Part shown: one piece after another, positions 40,111 to 54,154 of the stretch | Numbering within the stretch: the first letter of the stretch is position 1 | How the letters are laid out: each line of letters begins with the position of its first letter | Assembly: GCA_028534125.1 (NCBI GenBank) | Contig: CM052816.1 | Coordinates: 73,596,001 to 73,660,000, forward strand | DNA from: Lama glama | Lineage: Eukaryota | Length of the DNA stretch: 64,000 nucleotides | Direction: 5' to 3' | Notes under the pieces: model-generated | What the model saw: only the letters and a program-made list of their open reading frames with translations | Told to the model about the DNA's origin: nothing | Databases searched by the model: none | Translations under genes and position numbers: made by a program

Positions 40111-41469
40111 TATAAAACTCTTCCGCCACCCCAAGTATACGTAAGAAATTTTTACCTAAGTTCTATTCTGAAGATCTTACGTCTTTATTTTGTCTTTTCA
40201 TCCAAAAATGTTTGTTGATACTTTCTCTTTTTGTATGTCTGTGAGTACAATTTTCTCTGAGGAAAACGAATCCCTCCTTCCTTTCCCCTTCCAGATTTCA
40301 CCTGGGTGCTTCCCCTTTGCAGATTCTAATGCAGACCCATATGGGGAAAGGGTTCAGGGACTTGTAACTCCTGACTTCTTGGCAATATGCAAAGGAGATC
40401 TCAGAAGGGAGTTGAGGTATCTCCCAAGTTGCTTTCAGATAATTCAGCACATGAAGTCTCTTTCTGTGATTAACAACGTAGAGAGTAATTCAAATATTTT
40501 TCTGAGTGTGAGTTTTGTTTACTAGTGGTTTGATATAGGTATCACTATTACGTTAGCTTCATTCTGATCTTTTCTTCCAAATTTGCTGGGACATGTTTGT
40601 TTTAACCAGGAATGAATGTTGAATTATACCAAACGTCTCCCATCTTGAAACTCTCTCCTGCTTTTGTTACTATCCATTCTCTCCTTTTCCCTTCCTATGT
40701 CTTACTCCATCCTTTCTCACTACCTTTTACTTGCTCTTCATTTTCCCTTTTCCTTTTCGATACCCATGTTACCAAGAATTCCATCCTTGGTTTGTTTTTC
40801 ATGTATTTGTTCACCATTGCTATTGTTTCTGTATCCCCAGTCCAGATTTACTAAACTCTAGACATATTTCCAACTCTCTATTAAACTTCTCTATATGAAT
40901 TAACAAGGTACTTCAAAGTTTGTCACCAAATGAAGGCCTTATTTTTGCTACAAATCACTTATTCTTATATTTCCTGACTCTGCTAACACTACAAATTCAC
41001 CTTTTTTGTAGCTCAATTAAGAACAAAACCAATAAACACTAAAGAATAAATGAGGCTGTTACAGAAAAGCTTCTTTAAACTTGGAAAAGATGTATAGATG
41101 CAAAGTGTTTTTGTTATCCCGTATTTAATTATGCAAGTCAACCTTTTATTTTTTTAAAAATTCTTTAATCAAATCAAAGCTTTTATATAAAAAAATTATT
41201 GGCCCTCATCTATAGGTACTCCCTCAGTTCATAGCCTAATAAATAAGAAATAACCTTATATTCACATTAGATTTTGAAAATATGTATCCTCAGTTTCAGA
41301 TTAATAAAATCATATTTAATTGTTAACAGAATATCTGTATTGTAGACCCTTTCCAGAGAACATAACAAAACTCTTTGATGCCAAATCTTTGAAAAATTAA
41401 AAATAAATAATAATTTATTTACTATTGATCTGGGATATATGACCAATGTAATAAAACATTAGACACTCA

Positions 41470-42350
41470 TGAGGTTAAATACTAAAATAAAGGATAAATT
41501 TTTATCATTATCTGAAATTGAGATATATGCATCCTAGAAAGGCCAAGAAAATCTGCTCAGTATCTATTACAATTGATAAGAAATTCAACACAGTGGCTGG
41601 ACATATAAATACCTTGAAAAAAATGCAAGTTTATTTATCAGCAATGACAATGGATAGTACATGGGAAAGGACTTATTTTTTACTTTAAACCAAATGACTG
41701 GCAGACATTTAGTTCATATCAAAAGGTCCTTGATATCTGGTCCTATCCAAAATGTCCATAAGATGTCCACACCAAAAGGGCCTTGATATTTGCAGGAACA
41801 TTTGGTCGTGTCCAAAACATCCACGGAGTTATTTGGTTATGTCAAAAGGTCTTTGATATTTGGTCCTGTCTAAAACCATTGGCATGGACCGAATATGCTC
41901 ATGGACATTTTGGACAGGACTAAATTTCAAGCACATTTTGGCATGGACCAGAACGTTTTGTACAGGACTAAATATCCTGTAAGCCAAACATATAAAATAC
42001 TTAAAAATATACCTACTTAGTGAGAAGAAACAAATAATTCTCCAAAGCTTTTAAGTAGAGAAATATGTAATAATCCTAGATGGAACATGGAATAAAAGAG
42101 GTGCTTTATTTAAAGAAACAAAATTATAACAATCTACTCCAAACAAAATCTCAATTTGGAGGAGTTGGGAAGAGGAAGAACTTGGCAAAATAATTACCAA
42201 AATCTTCTGAAAGAATACTGAATCAGAGTATCTTTTATTTTAAAAAGCAATTTGATTACCTTGCCTTAGCAAGTATTAAAGCATATTATAAAACTACAAC
42301 TAATAAAGTAAAGTGGTACTGCTATAAGGATAGACTAATCTTAGTTGAGA
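41470..42350 (+). mobile_element. Old L1M ORF2 remnant interrupted by the 41696-41985 element
   Basis: …catcctagaaaggccaagaaaatctgc…gataagaaattcaacacagtggctggacatataaat…; …aagcatattataaaactacaactaataaagtaaagtggtactg…. Confidence 0.65.
41696..41985. mobile_element. Palindromic foldback/MITE-like element built from ~58-bp tandem subunits
   Basis: Left arm repeats gatatttggtcctgtccaaaatgtcc…caaaaggtccttga; right arm (41880-41985) carries the same units reverse-complemented. Confidence 0.7.
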
Positions 42351-45300
42351 ACAGTAGAAAAAATTATCACACAGATAACAGCTTAAGTAGTACATTCTCT
42401 CTGAAACTTTCATCAATTTTCTCAGGCAACTTTCTCTTATCTTCTGTGTTGTTCTATTTTTTTGTACTTGGCTGGCTTATATAAAATTATCAATGTTCAA
42501 TCATTTTTACCACAAAGGAAGGCATGTTTATGTATCTATGGCAGCCCTTCATGTTTGGGTATTGCAATTAGTATTTTACATATCTGTCCTACGTTATAAT
42601 TTCCTTAAAACCAGAAAATCTTTAAATATGTATTCACATATTCCTAACACCTAGGCAGTACCTAGCTCATTGTAAGAGCATAAAAACATTTAAGTGAATA
42701 CTTTTTTAAAAAAATTTTTAATTGTGTCTCTAGCATGTGAGCACATCTTTTCTTAATACAAACATCTCCTAGAAATCCAAATTGCCACTGACCCAAATCT
42801 ATCAAGTATTTTTTCTATAGATTAAATATCCTATAGAAATTACGATAATAGTGAGAAATCAAGGAAACCAAACCAATAAGGAAGATCAGAGATAGAAATT
42901 AGGTTTTTTGTCTATAACCAGTCCAGCAATATCAATATATGTCTAGAAACTAGAGTCCTTCTCATGTATTTGATATGACAAATATATTATCTTTAAACTT
43001 CAGATTTTCAACTAAAATACAGATTTACTATTAAAGAAATTAGGAGTTATTAGCAAATTCTATAAATAATTTGGATGGTTTTAAATGTGGATCACCACTG
43101 CCATATCTTTTATTTGGAAATACTTAAATTGCATAACCATTCTTATTAAAGAAAGGAATTTAAACCTCAAAAACCTAACTGTATTTAAGCAATATTAAGG
43201 AAAGGAATTTTGACTTAACAAACAAGAAGGCAATAAAACCTAATTTTACAGAACTATGTTTTGACTTATTACGTCAAAGAAAATGAAAAACTAATAAGAC
43301 ATTACAATAAAATCTACATGATTGTAGACAACACTTTGCCAGGAAAGAATTGTGTATGTTTACTTAGGCAACACCAACATAATAGCAAAGCAGTATCTCT
43401 ATGGCTATCATCCCCAATTAAAATTTTTAAAATCTGTCCTTTAAATAAAAGAATTATCTTATGTTAATGGAAGTTCTTCTGATCACATTCTCATTTGTCC
43501 TTGAAAATACAGTCAAAGAACAAAAACCTGAAAAAGTATAAAGGAATTTATAATAATTTTGCAAATAATGTTAACTGTCATTGAAAAGTATTACTTTTTC
43601 CTTTGATAATAGGAACCTAAGAAATAATTTCCTTTCGATGTAAAATTAGTGAGGATTTAAAAATTGTTAACACAGAAAATTACAAATTGTAGCAGATGAA
43701 TTAGTTAAAGATGCATCTAAAATGGAAGTTAAATTTTAGAGCTCAATTTTAGATCACAGATTCCCACAAATATGTCTGGATACCTATTTGATACATTATA
43801 TAAAAAATGTATTAAGTCTTTTTATCCTTAATATTAAACTTCTTTAAAAAGGGGGAGAATGTTAAGAGATGTTTACTGACCACAACCTTAGTGATTTCTG
43901 TGAAAGTATCTATAATGAATCAGTTATTAAAATGAAATGCCAATGTAGAAAAGATCTACTTTCTGAAACACCATCTTGCTGGACATTCTTTCTATTCTGA
44001 AAAATTTTAAAGTGAGTTACAGGCTTCAGTATAAAGGAGAAGACTCCCTGGGACTTTGGGTGACAGTTTCACAAGACCACTAGCTACAAAACAGTCCTTG
44101 GTTAAAAAGGGCCATGTTTCTTTAGCTTAAGGTTTCTTTACACTGTACTGAACCCAATGCAGTGGACATGAGGCTATTTCATGATGTCTTCAGGTCAACA
44201 GTGAGCAAAATTAAGCTGTGAAATGTTTTCTGTCTTCTGTAGTTCAATTTTTATAAATTATTTTTAGAAAACATTTAAAAATATTAGCCAATAATGTTTT
44301 CACTTTATCTTTTTTTGTATAATACAGCCATGAAATGATTACTGTAGTATAAATGATACATTTTATAAAAAGTACCACATTTACAGGTGAAAAGTTTCTT
44401 TTTGTGAGCATTTGGAGACTTTGAATGAGGCAGATTCTAAGCTTCAGTCTTACTCTCAAATTATGTTGCTATTAAAAGTTCTTGTCAGAGTCAAAAAGTC
44501 AGTCTTACAACCTCAATGTCCCCTTCCCTGTTGTAACTCTAACATTCTGATGCTCTCAGTACTTCTGTCTTCTGGAAGGTGAAAGGTAGTTGTTGAAGAG
44601 GAAATTCTTAAAATTAACAACCTCCAAACCCTAGACCTTGAGCCTACAAACATGAAAGAACACTGGTTGCCAAATTGACACCACTCACAAAAGACTTTGA
44701 AAATTAATTCAAAAAGAGTTTGCACATGTTGTCAAATCCCTGAATAATATTGCCCTGATCCAAGTAAGCCATTATGGAGGAGTCGGAAATCTCCTATAAC
44801 AAGCAAATGATTATGGGTGGAATAAGCTGAATTGATTGAAGCAGACATTTGACATCTGGGCATATTTTCCCATGCCTTGAGTGAAGAGATAGAGCATGTT
44901 TTCTGAAAATCCAACTACTGTTTGCTGTAAGAACTTTCCCTCCAGCAGATTTACCATGGGAGGAGTGGGGGGTGGGTAGCCTGAGACCAGCTTCATCCAA
45001 CATGGCACACAGTAAAACCACACTGTGAATCCTCCACATCCACATTTTTAAAACATATATAAAGTCGTATAAAGGCAATCTGAAGATCAGAGGACAGTTA
45101 TATTCCTGCATATTCACTGTCTACAAGGTGATAGCAATGGTTCACACACTACCCACACATAGAACTCTGATCTTTTAGCACATGCTGATTGAACTACTTA
45201 TTCTTCCTTCTCAGCCACTTTCAGAACATAGGCACAAAAGTGATTTCTGTCATCAGTCATATTCTACGTGTGTTTCTGCCAACAAATATACAATTTTTCA

Positions 45301-46729
45301 GAGATTTATCTCATCATTCACTGAGAAGTGGAGCAAGAGAATAAATAAAACCTTACTAAAATATCTGGCAAGCCTACAGTGGACAACCTGTGGATCCTTG
45401 CATGATCAGTGAAGAGTAACGCAGTCAGTAAGGCCAAAAAAAGAAAAACTATGTTCGGGCTTTGAAACTCAGATAAGGTGGTTTTATGGTTTAAATTACA
45501 TTGTAACAACTACATAGAAATAAATACACTCTTCCTGCTTTAAGTTAGGTGAACATCTGTCGTAAATAACTCCAATGCTCTTTCTTTTGTAAACTAATTA
45601 CACAATAGACCCTGTAAATTCATGGAGTGTTAGGATGCAGAACTTAATTATATAATTCACTTAACCAGTTTTACTCTTTCTTCAGTGCAGTTCACAATTC
45701 TCCATTTTCACAGAATGTAGCAGGAATGCGTTACATAAAAGCCCATGTTAATCTCAGGTTAGAAAGGAAAGAAAAGTTTTGTGGCTTGTTCTTTTCTCCC
45801 TCTCTTAATCTGAACAAGGTGAACTAACACCAGTTATTCTGAGGAGAAGCTAAAGAAATCACTCAATTTTAAAATACAGGTGTACTATTTTTAAGTCACT
45901 TATGCCCATAAGTAATGTGTAAATTCTGAGTTCTGTGGGAATAAGCAAGAATTCATTTATTAATTCATATATTATTCATAAATCAGTACTCATTCATTGC
46001 CTACGGTATGCCACAAAATAGATTATGTGCTAGAATTAAAAAGACAGAAATTCTCATTGTGTTGGGACAAGTAGTAGAGATTGTCAGAATGTGTTCTATA
46101 AAGGATATATGTATAAAATATTCTGGGATCCCAAATAACTACTCCTGTGGGGGAGTCAGAAGAGCCCTCTTAAAGGTAACATAGGAGACACATCTTTGAG
46201 CTGGCTGCAAGGAGAAGAGACTCAGTATCGTGTTGAGCTTGAGATATATATATATTTTGTATGGAGTACTTTAACTAGATAGAGAATCAGGAAGTCACCT
46301 GGAACCAAAAAAATCCCAAAGTGCCAACTACCTTCTCTGTCCTTTTCATGACGACTTTGTTTCATCTTCCTGCTTCATGGCCCTCTCCATGTTGACAGTT
46401 CTCTTACTACAGACTGACCACTTACTACTGTTAGTCAATTCTATCCGTATTTCCTAGTCCAGATCCTAGAGGGTACCAGAGTATTGGACAGAACCCTCCA
46501 CACTAGTCCACTTCATAGTCATTAGCCAATCGGAAGATGGGTTGTTTTGGATTTTAGTACACTTTTGGTCGAAGTCAATAGCATCCCCTATACAAGAATC
46601 ACTTATAACGTGTTATTGAGTAGGGTACTAGAAGGAGCAAGGCAGTTTTTCCTAGAAGGGCAAGTTGAAAGTGGTAGGCATTGAGAATTGTGTAATTCTA
46701 AAGTATGAAAATGAATTTGCTATGCAGAT

Positions 46730-46960
46730 AACTACCATTTATGAAAACTCTACTATGCTCCAAAAAGTACGGTGATAAGTAATTTATATGTATCAAACCT
46801 AATATTCAAAATAGTTATGTGAATCATGGCTATCATTCCCATTGAATAAAGGATAAAACAGATGTTCAGAGAGCTTGCTCAAGGTCAAATAATTCATAAT
46901 TGTCAAATCTTGGATTTGAATCTGGGTATACCTGACCCTCAAAATTCATGTCTTTCCACT
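46730..46960 (-). mobile_element. MIR SINE
   Basis: actaccatttatgaaaactctactatgc…cagatgttcagagagcttgctcaaggtca…ggatttgaatctggg. Confidence 0.7.
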
Positions 46961-47149
46961 GCTCCATGCGGATTCTTTGGAGCCTTGTGCATTTATGATT
47001 GCAGACTTGGCTTTGATGAGTATAGCAGGAAGTTAAACTCGAAGAATAAAAGTGAGTCACTTTTTGAACACTTTTGATGATTATACTAATAGTTTATATT
47101 TGTCCTATATAAGAAATCTACCTGGAAAGTGACAAAACTGCAACATGAA

Positions 47150-47490
47150 CAGAGATTCAAAGCAGGCAGACTTAAGATGCTAGTGAATTACAGTCCCAGT
47201 GAGCAACTTTAACGTCTGAAGTAAAGCAGCTGCCATGGGGCAATTGAAAGGAGAAAAGAGTTTGAGATTTTGGAAGTAAAGGAAAGTAAAGCAAAGGAAA
47301 ATGTGCAGAATGTTGATATTAATGAGGAAGGGAGAAGAGGACAAGCAAATGAAAGAACTTGAGTAAGAGGATTCATCAAGAGAAGAAAGATAGTATCATG
47401 GAACCTAGGAGAGGACAATGTTTCAAGACAGTGGGAGTGGTCAGAGTGTTAAATGATACAGAGTGGTCCATTGAAATAAGGAGCTAAATG
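47150..47490 (-). mobile_element. L2 fragment
   Basis: …gtatcatggaacctaggagaggacaatgtttcaagacagtgggagtggtcagagtgttaaatgatacagagtggtc…aataaggagct. Confidence 0.65.
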
Positions 47491-48054
47491 GAAAACAAAA
47501 TCTACTTCCCATAGGGCTGATTGTTAAGCTAAAGAAATGCTAAAAGTACTTGCAATTACCACCTCCCACATAGTATTCAGGAAAATTTCCTTCTCAAAGT
47601 CAAGGTTAATTGTGTAGAAATCACCGATCCTTCAGAGATGTAACTCAATAGAACTACATGCGCTGCTGAAGGAAAGCTCCAGGCAGCGACCATATTCAGA
47701 CCCAGCTTCTAGAACAGTTTATTCCATTCCAGGGTGAGGGTCATCCAGGTCCAAATTTCACATGTTTTCTCTCCAAAAGTTATTGTATGTTAACCCCTCA
47801 AAATTAACAGTAAACAAAATCTACCTTTGATTCCAAAAGCTTGCAGTCTATTATCCACATCATGGAATACTTGGGATGACTTGAGAAATTATTATTACTG
47901 TTTTATTGATCAAAAAGGCAAATGGCTATGTCAGTACATAATTCTTTGTTATTCTTACCACATGAGTAAAACCATAGGATATTTTTAAGTTTCAAGCCCT
48001 TCATACATTTTTATCTCTCCATGAGGGGTTCTGGGATGGTGAACAAGGGACTAG

Positions 48055-48412
48055 GTAGTCATTAGTATTGTTCACCAAATACTTATGTCTCTCTTTCCAG
48101 AAACATGGCAGGATTGCAATTGTCTGCTCCCTTGAAGTTGCGTGTGGCTGTATGCCTTATCTCAGCAAACGAAATGTGATAAATGGCAGTCTGAGTGTGC
48201 ACAATTCACCATGCTCCTTCTTTCCTCTCTATTGCCAGTTTCCAGAGGGTACTCTCTCAGCCTGGGATCCAAGTGAGAATAACAAGAATCAGAATCTCCA
48301 GGCAACCCATGATGGACATGTAGTATGAGCAAGAATAATTTTTGTTGTTTAAAGCTAAGAGATGTGGGCGTTTGTTACTTACAGACTAACCTAGTTTGCC
48401 TGAATGGATATC
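48055..48412 (+). mobile_element. MLT1 (MLT1I/J-like) LTR
   Basis: …tcccttgaagttgcgtgtggctg…atggacatgtagtatgagcaagaataatttttgttgtttaaagctaagagatgtgggcgtttgttac…. Confidence 0.8.
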
Positions 48413-50689
48413 CACAGTGTGTGTAGTTTGTACAGTGGTGAGGAAGATGTGGCAGAGGAGAGAAAAAGGAAGGCTTGGTAGAATTTCACCATCACACATA
48501 AAACTCACAATGAGTCCTGACTTTTCTATTCATGAAAGGTAGATTCTGAATGAATAGCCACATAGGAATGGGAGGGGAAAACACACATTCTAGGACAATA
48601 TATGAGACCCAGGCAAGGGTATCTATAATCGTTCACCTCAGGGAGCCACCACAACATCCACATATCACTTGCATACATTTCCTTATAATCATACAATTCC
48701 TTATAATCACAAGGAAACAAGAACCAAATTCTTCATCTTGCTTAAAGATGACACATGGTAAAACCATGGAGAAGTAGCAGCCTGCATAGATTTTATGGTG
48801 TGGATCTGGAACACTAGGGATTGCTTAGGGGCTGTTAAGTCTTCTGAATTGAATTGATTTTTATCAGCTAGTAAGGAAAAAGTTTACTCTGTGGCCTCAA
48901 AATTGGCAAGATCAGTTTTAGCCAAAGGCAACGCTTTTTCACCATATGTTTAGAAATATATGTATTGGTTTGGCAATTTCTTAGCTGCATATGGGTACAA
49001 TGCACTTTAAACTTTTGTAAATTTTGAAGACTAATAATATCTTTTTTTAAACTTTGACAAAAACTGTGAATTTAGAAAATTTTATGTTAATATTAAAGGA
49101 AGTTAATATATTTAATCTTAAAGAATAATGGGGCAAGTGTTCAACAGTTTTTAAGTAGGATAAACAAACATATGACACAATATTTTAAATAATTTCAATA
49201 TTTACATACATACAAAAAACTTCTTCAAAAAATATTTGCCTCTAACAGTACAAGTTTTTTTTATTTTCTTATTGTTTATTTTCTGAACATAAATTGCCTC
49301 TGAAAAAAAAAAGATTTCCTTAAAGAGAGAAATAGTACTCAATAGTATTTTAATAAGAGAAGACTGCTCTTAGAACAACTGAACACGGGGTATATTGTTG
49401 ATACAAGAGAAACAAAATGTAATAATATGTGAAAAGTTTATAAGCTAATTTATAATTAATTCTAAAGCAACTACTAAAGTTTTAGAGGCAAGTGCTCAAA
49501 ATTCACTTAGATTTCTAAGTGATCTATGTCATGTCATCAACCAGCACTATTAACCCTGTAACAAATGCAGGAGCTCCAGTGTGTCCAAATACTGAAATAT
49601 TTGGTTTGTATTTGATAGAATTATCCATAATTACCTTTAAATCCCCATGTACTATGTAAAGGAAATTTGCCTCGAGTTGTTTCATACATTAAATCTTAAG
49701 GCTATATAGTCCTTGAGACAGAAATAGTTTTCCCAGAACTTATAGCCCTAATTCTTATCATCTTCTCCTTCCCTTTTCTAGCCCCCACCTTCCAACTTCT
49801 TCAATCTGTATATCTCATCTTGACATGATTTTATCTGAAATGGTGATAAGAATGAAATACTTTAGAGTGCCAAGGGAATTCATGAGTTCTGAGTTGAATA
49901 GCCAAAAGTCCATTTTTCTATAGCAACAAAAATATATCTAAATACTGTCTACATAGATTTAAATCTACACTTCATTTATACATATTTAACATATATTACT
50001 TATATTGGATATGTATGAATATAAAGAAATACTATATATTAAATATTATATTAAATATTTAATAAATATGTCAATAACACTATATTAAACATTTAACATT
50101 ATAATATTTAAGCATGATAGACCACAACTAACCTAGAATAATGTTTAGTATATAACAGATATCCAAATAAATGTTTGTTGAATACACAGCTCACTAAGAA
50201 ACTTCAAATCCATTCATTAATTCATATCTATGAAAAAGTAAGCCTTTGATATCAAATATCTGAAGATGTCTAAAAGATAAAACTATTACTGCCCATGAGT
50301 CATTGTTGAAAAAATATGAAAGGGGTATATGTAATAGCAAATATGAGAGACTTCTTTTAATTTAAAAGGACTGTGGGGTCAAACTTTTAAAACAGAGATC
50401 TTTTAAAAAGTATGTGACTTGACTAGACTTGAAGTAGCTAAACTGAGCCTTGTATCAATTTTAAAGAAACAAATCGTTCACTGTTCTTAGAGGTGGGCCC
50501 TGAACTAGTGCTCACTGACTGAATATAATTACTGTAACAGATAGATCAATCCCAATCTAAGAATGAATCAACATTTTAGGTGCTATTTATGTAATGAATA
50601 ATCATTCATATGTGACTAGAAATGTTTTAGTTATAGGGATTGCTGGAGCTCTGTACTGGGATTTCTCATTTCCAAGATTAGACATAAGT

Positions 50690-50780
50690 CACTTCTACAT
50701 GTATCAAATCATCACGTTGCACACCTTAAACTTATACAATGTTATATGTCAATTATATCTCAACAAAACTGGAGAAGAAA
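50690..50780 (+). mobile_element. Short L1 3' terminal fragment
   Basis: catgtatcaaatcatcacgttgcacaccttaaacttatacaatgttatatgtcaattatatctcaacaaaactggagaag. Confidence 0.8.
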
Positions 50781-51789
50781 TTCTCACTTAACAGAATCTT
50801 CAATTAGCCAAATATTTCGCTTTCCCCATTTAGGTCAGGGAGACATACAGAAAGAAAACGAGCTGATATCAATGCTTTTATTTTTTAACATTAACCTTCA
50901 GTGTGTATTCTGAAGTCTATGCAGGTTTGAATCAAGTCTATGACTTCCACATCCACAATAATATCGCAGTATGCGATAATAACTAAAGTTTGTAGAAATG
51001 ACCCTGGATTTTGTAGGATCAAGGAAATTTTAATCCAAGGTCACTGTTCTCTGTTTATTAAGACAAAAATATTTTCATATCTTATTAAAATTTATAGCAT
51101 CAAATATTTTAAATATTTTTCTTCAGTTACTTAGAAAATGCCAATACCAAAACATCTAATTCCCTAGCCAGTCTGATTAGCTGAGTTTATTTGCAAAAAC
51201 TCAGATCTTTACATTAATGTTTAAATTCCTATCAGTGTTTTCTTTCTAGAATACCATTTGCTAGTGCTTAATTCAATCATCAGACCACCTTCTTGAAGTT
51301 TTCTTCTGATAGTACTGAGTTAACAGAGACCATAACAAATGCTCTCAGCCTGTGTTCTGAAAAATCTCTCAAAACCATGAAATTACCACCATACACAAGA
51401 AATGATATGAACATTTTTGCAAATCCACCTTTTTTTTTAGAAAAAAATGAATTTTCTAGGATTAAGGTAGAGGAAAAGATGCCATCAATGAAGATGACAT
51501 TTCAAAACAGCTATAATTTCACAGATTATAAGAAATAAAATAGCTTTAGTAATTATCTACTACTACCAAATTTAAACAAGTTAATACTGACAGACCTGGA
51601 AATGAGTAAGCTAGATGAAAAATATCCTAATACTAAATCTAAAAAAACAAACCCTCAAATGCATTACTAATGCAGAAATCTCGTGATCTAACAATGATTA
51701 ATAAATTTCTCCATAGAGGAAGTCATTATTCAAGATATCATACTAGCCTGAAAGATGACAAATTCTACATCAAATGAATGTTATTCCAT

Positions 51790-52590
51790 TCAAAAACCTA
51801 AAAGTGATCCTTAATTCCTCTCTTTTCTCACCCTTCCTATCACAAAGGCCTGCTGACTTTTTACCCTCTAAATCTCTCTCCCTTGCCATCACTTTCTCTA
51901 TTTCATCCACTTCCCTCCATCACCATCTTCATAGTTCGTCTTCCCTGACACCTCCCTCCTGCTCTGCTGAAAGAGACAGCTGACTGGTTTACTTAAATCT
52001 ACCTCTGCCCATCCAGAATGATCTGTAAATTATGATAATGCAATTGTCATCTGCCTCATGCTTGATCCCCTATTCTGCTTGATTTATTTTGTTTCCTGTC
52101 ACATCTATAAAAGGACGAACACTCTTAGCATGGTGCAGGAGGATGGCTACTTCTGAAGCTTCATCATCTTTTCCTTCATCTCTCTCTTCTGGCCATGGGA
52201 GTATGTTTCAGGTCCCATGTATGTGTTGTATAGACTTTCACACTAAGGACTTGGTGCATCCTGTTCTCCCTACTGGAATTCCATTTCCATTTCTAGTTAT
52301 ATAAATAGCTCCTATTGAGTTGTCATTTATCAACTCAATCATCACCTCACTTTCCTCACCTTCCTAACTAGGTCAAAACTTTCTATTATATGCACTCAAA
52401 GCACCATGCATCTGTCATCAATGGTACTTCTCACAGTTGCAATTTTTTATTTAATTTTATGATTATTTGGTTAATATCTCTTTCACTATTACAATAAATT
52501 CCATTAGAGCAAAGACCATGTTTGATTTCTTCCCCACTAGGTCTTTGATACACTAGGTATGTAATTAATATTTGCTGAAGAAATGAAGAC
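51790..52590 (+). mobile_element. L2 3' region
   Basis: aaaaacctaaaagtgatccttaattcctctc…tcaactcaatcatcacctc…ccattagagcaaagaccatg…taatatttgctgaagaaatgaa. Confidence 0.75.
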
Positions 52591-52790
52591 TGAAGGAAAG
52601 TCTCCATCTTGACACAGATTCCAGTGATATCAACTGCTCAAAATATTTTTGAGACCCTTTATATAGACAGAACATACATGTTCATATGATTTTCTTGTTC
52701 ATGTGCCTGCTCTAATTCTCTAGAAAAACACAACATATTATGCTATTAAATCAGAAATACACACACACAATAACTGCACCTGTCAAAATT

Positions 52791-53221
52791 AAGATTTAAC
52801 TGCTAGATACACATTACTATATGTGAAATGGATAAACAACAAGGACCTCCTATATAGCACAAGGAACTATATTCAACTTCTTGTAATGAGTTGTAATGGA
52901 AACTAATCTGAATATATATATATATATATGTAAAAAAAAAAAACAACTAACTCGTCACCTTTGAATGATGGAAGGAAACTAACTCAGTACCTTGAAAACT
53001 GGTAAATAAAGGGGCAGAATAACCATTTATCCTGACTTGCTTGTATGAACTATTCCGCTGGGTATAAGGAAGCACTATAAAAGTCAGGAGATGGTTTCAC
53101 AACTCTGTGAATATGCTAAACAACATTGAATTATACCTTTCAAATAAGTGAACTGTATGGTATATAAATTGTATCTCAATAAAGTGTTTCAAAAAATAAC
53201 TTAAAAAAAAGATTTAACTGC
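52791..53221 (+). mobile_element. TSD-bounded chimeric L1 insertion (young L1 3' piece + A-run + older L1 fragments + tail)
   Basis: 13-bp direct repeat AAGATTTAACTGC at 52791-52803 and 53209-53221 in TT|AAGA context. Confidence 0.75.
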
Positions 53222-53654
53222 AGAACTATGAAAGTTCTAATGTGAACAAAAACTAATGATTTTAGACAAGATTTGTTTTGCCATGTTTAACTGGAAGGCA
53301 CGAAGACATGAACTATATTGATTTCAAAGTGCCAAACATTATGCCGGATTTCATATGTTTTCTTACATTTAATTGTGCCAAGTAGGTAGAATTTTCACAA
53401 TTTTATAGATAAGGAAAATGAAGCTCAGAGAATGTAAGCATCTTGTTCAAATTTGTATGACCAGTAACTGATCAGTTCACATTGCTAATTAGAATTATAT
53501 AATTCTAAAGTTCTTACTCCAGAGAAAAAAATTAAGATTTCCCAACAAGACACAATCAAAGCAACTCTGAAACAATGAGGCTTACAGGCCTAGCATCATC
53601 ACTTAGTCCTCAAACACAGTATATTATTTTTCACTTGGATCATTTCATCTGGCA

Positions 53655-54154
53655 NNNNNNNNNNNNNNNNNNNNNNNNNNNNNNNNNNNNNNNNNNNNNN
53701 NNNNNNNNNNNNNNNNNNNNNNNNNNNNNNNNNNNNNNNNNNNNNNNNNNNNNNNNNNNNNNNNNNNNNNNNNNNNNNNNNNNNNNNNNNNNNNNNNNNN
53801 NNNNNNNNNNNNNNNNNNNNNNNNNNNNNNNNNNNNNNNNNNNNNNNNNNNNNNNNNNNNNNNNNNNNNNNNNNNNNNNNNNNNNNNNNNNNNNNNNNNN
53901 NNNNNNNNNNNNNNNNNNNNNNNNNNNNNNNNNNNNNNNNNNNNNNNNNNNNNNNNNNNNNNNNNNNNNNNNNNNNNNNNNNNNNNNNNNNNNNNNNNNN
54001 NNNNNNNNNNNNNNNNNNNNNNNNNNNNNNNNNNNNNNNNNNNNNNNNNNNNNNNNNNNNNNNNNNNNNNNNNNNNNNNNNNNNNNNNNNNNNNNNNNNN
54101 NNNNNNNNNNNNNNNNNNNNNNNNNNNNNNNNNNNNNNNNNNNNNNNNNNNNNN
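53655..54154. other. Assembly gap (500 N)
   Basis: Exactly 500 N; the round size suggests a placeholder rather than a measured gap. Confidence 0.99.

Noticed and set aside
41696..41985. Repeat-spacer-like pattern as a CRISPR array
   Set aside because: Mammalian DNA, degenerate units without unique spacers, inverted second half, no cas genes
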